Shown here: one piece after another, positions 63,254 to 64,000 of the stretch | Position numbering within the stretch: the first letter of the stretch is position 1 | Layout of the letters: every line of letters begins with the position of its first letter | Source: a virus | Taxonomy: Duplodnaviria > Heunggongvirae > Uroviricota > Caudoviricetes | Length of the DNA: 64,000 bases | Direction: 5' to 3' (one strand) | Virus record (IMG/VR): IMGVR_UViG_3300007735_000926 | Span: 69,683 to 133,682 of that record | Program-made: the position numbers and the translations under genes | The notes under the pieces: model-generated | What the model saw: the letters and a program-made list of their open reading frames with translations, nothing else | What the model was told of the DNA's origin: nothing | The model's database searches: none

Positions 63254-63427
63254 TTAGTCTGTAAAGTGAACCCAGACATTCCCATGGTCTGTATTTACAT
63301 GGTAAGTGCCATCCATCAGATCGCGCAACTCATCATTGCGAATTGCAGAAGCCAAAGTATCCAGAACTTCGGCAACGGAATTGTCATTCAGACGATCCTT
63401 TTCCAATTCAATAATGATTTTCTGCAT
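63254..63427 (-). CDS. Array ORF, 57 aa (not in ORF track)
   Basis: MQKIIIELEKDRLNDNSVAEVLDTLASAIRN...WVHFTD*; TAA within the next box. Confidence 0.6.
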   Translation of the reverse strand: MQKIIIELEKDRLNDNSVAEVLDTLASAIRNDELRDLMDGTYHVNTDHGNVWVHFTD

Positions 63428-63449
63428 GCGATGATTTTGGCGTAGTTTT

Positions 63450-63842
63450 TTACATGCAAATTACGCGGAGAGCATTATGCCCATTTTTACTCAATCCATT
63501 TGCATCCCAATTTTTATCATCGTCATGCAAACGCTGGACTTTCCTCCATTCTTCCAGAGTAATATCAGAATACTCATCTTTTACAACATCCGAAATTTTC
63601 AAACCTTCCAAAGCAGGAGCTTCGAAAATTTCATCGATTGCTGTTCCGTGTCCCATATTCAATGTTCCAAATTCAATCTTATGAAAGATTTCCAGATACT
63701 CAGGTTTCAAACACCTGCCGACAGCACACATGCGACCGTCATTCGAAAGATAGCTACACATGCCAGAAGCAGTTGCAGAACGATTTCCCGAGTGATAGTG
63801 ATTGATGGTTTCTTTGACGAGAGAAGTGAATGTGTGTTTCAT
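63450..63842 (-). CDS. Array ORF, phage hypothetical (130 aa)
   Basis: C.YL..DGRMCAVG.C...Q.LHD...W motif; box + 6 nt. Confidence 0.7.
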   Translation of the reverse strand: MKHTFTSLVKETINHYHSGNRSATASGMCSYLSNDGRMCAVGRCLKPEYLEIFHKIEFGTLNMGHGTAIDEIFEAPALEGLKISDVVKDEYSDITLEEWRKVQRLHDDDKNWDANGLSKNGHNALRVICM

Positions 63843-63843
63843 G

Positions 63844-64000
63844 TCAGTATTTTGGTGTAGTTTTTAAAGCGTGTTGTTCTTCAGTCAATTCAATTCCATT
63901 GAGGAACCAACCTGTGCGACCATTTGAATACTCCAGAGCAGGACCATCCTCACGATGCAGCTTGTTGTTGATGCGCCATTCGGTGCTACCATCAGCATGG
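63844..64000 (-). CDS. 3' end of an LHREDGPA-repeat protein (starts beyond the window)
   Basis: HADGSTEWRINNKLHREDGPALEYSNGRTGWFLNG...; frame reads through the box. Confidence 0.65.
   Translation of the reverse strand, partial: HADGSTEWRINNKLHREDGPALEYSNGRTGWFLNGIELTEEQHALKTTPKY

Larger units (their letters stand above)
55305..63866 (-). repeat. 29 dispersed copies of TAAAAA(A)CTA-N3-(CAAAAT/TAGAAT/TAAAAT/YAAACT) upstream of small ORFs
   Basis: Box starts (+ coordinates of tagtttt): 55323, 55583, 55934, 56359, 56780, 57079, 57441, 57784, 58116, 58371, 58484, 58830, 58998, 59436, 59638, 59794, 60286, 60645, 60854, 61125, 61252, 61558, 61738, 62017, 62227, 62820, 63246, 63443, 63858. Confidence 0.95.

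Noticed and set aside
55582-63860. Plus-strand and alternate-frame ORFs in the array (many ending ...HGAAILV or ...VSILV)
   Set aside because: The shared C-termini are simply the translated reverse complement of the repeated motif; high GC lengthens shadow frames
55305-63866. CRISPR array interpretation of the repeated motif
   Set aside because: Spacers are about 90-570 nt, vary widely and are intact ORFs; repeats are degenerate and non-palindromic; no cas genes in the window
55305-63866. Classical integron attC cassette array
   Set aside because: No RYYYAAC...GTTRRRY imperfect palindromes and no IntI-like tyrosine recombinase seen; only the organisation is analogous
1-64000. Stop-codon reassignment (alternative genetic code)
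   Set aside because: Core genes (portal, MCP, nrdAB, helicase) are full length in the standard code, all three stops are used, and no suppressor tRNA was found
1-64000. Assignment of a specific host phylum
   Set aside because: GC-rich early genes and SD-free starts are suggestive only; no diagnostic host-derived marker could be identified without a database search

Overview
A 64-kb segment of a large, AT-rich T4-like (myovirus-type) phage genome, standard genetic code, host not determinable. It has five blocks. (1) 0.3-14.4 kb: late-promoter hypothetical genes, PhoH, an NMP-kinase-like protein and a glycosylation island (about 7 glycosyltransferases, a methyltransferase, DUF3431 and an NDP-sugar epimerase). 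(2) 14.5-38.2 kb: GroES-like protein, DinG-type helicase, AAA ATPase and T4-like virion genes (gp15, portal gp20, gp13, fibre, three Gly-rich paralogues, gp4, gp21, gp22, MCP gp23, split gp5-like hub). (3) 38.2-52.2 kb: nrdAB, ClpP-like protein, amidase, RlpA, Thg1-like protein, ThyX and a group of late genes carrying GNAT-, kinase-, ART-like and CCA-adding domains. (4) 16 tRNAs (2 at 43.2-43.4 kb, 14 at 52.2-54.6 kb) with MazG. (5) 54.7-64 kb: a higher-GC array of about 30 small minus-strand ORFs, 29 of them preceded by TAAAAACTA-N3-YARAAT/YAAACT, usually 6 or 9 nt from the ATG. Three observations stand out. (a) A 201-nt RNA inside the tRNA operon (53014-53214, minus) reproduces the uL11-binding GTPase-associated centre of 23S rRNA (H43/H44) with compensatory changes in the closing helix and a 135-nt structured insert, i.e. 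a candidate phage-encoded rRNA mimic. (b) The small-gene cassette array has 17 of 29 junctions with the upstream stop codon inside or within 2 nt of the 9-bp box, and an inverted-box site at its boundary. (c) Fixed promoter-to-start spacings imply near genome-wide leaderless translation (23 genes with TAAATA-N5-start). All protein family calls are from motif recognition by eye, and all counts are manual.
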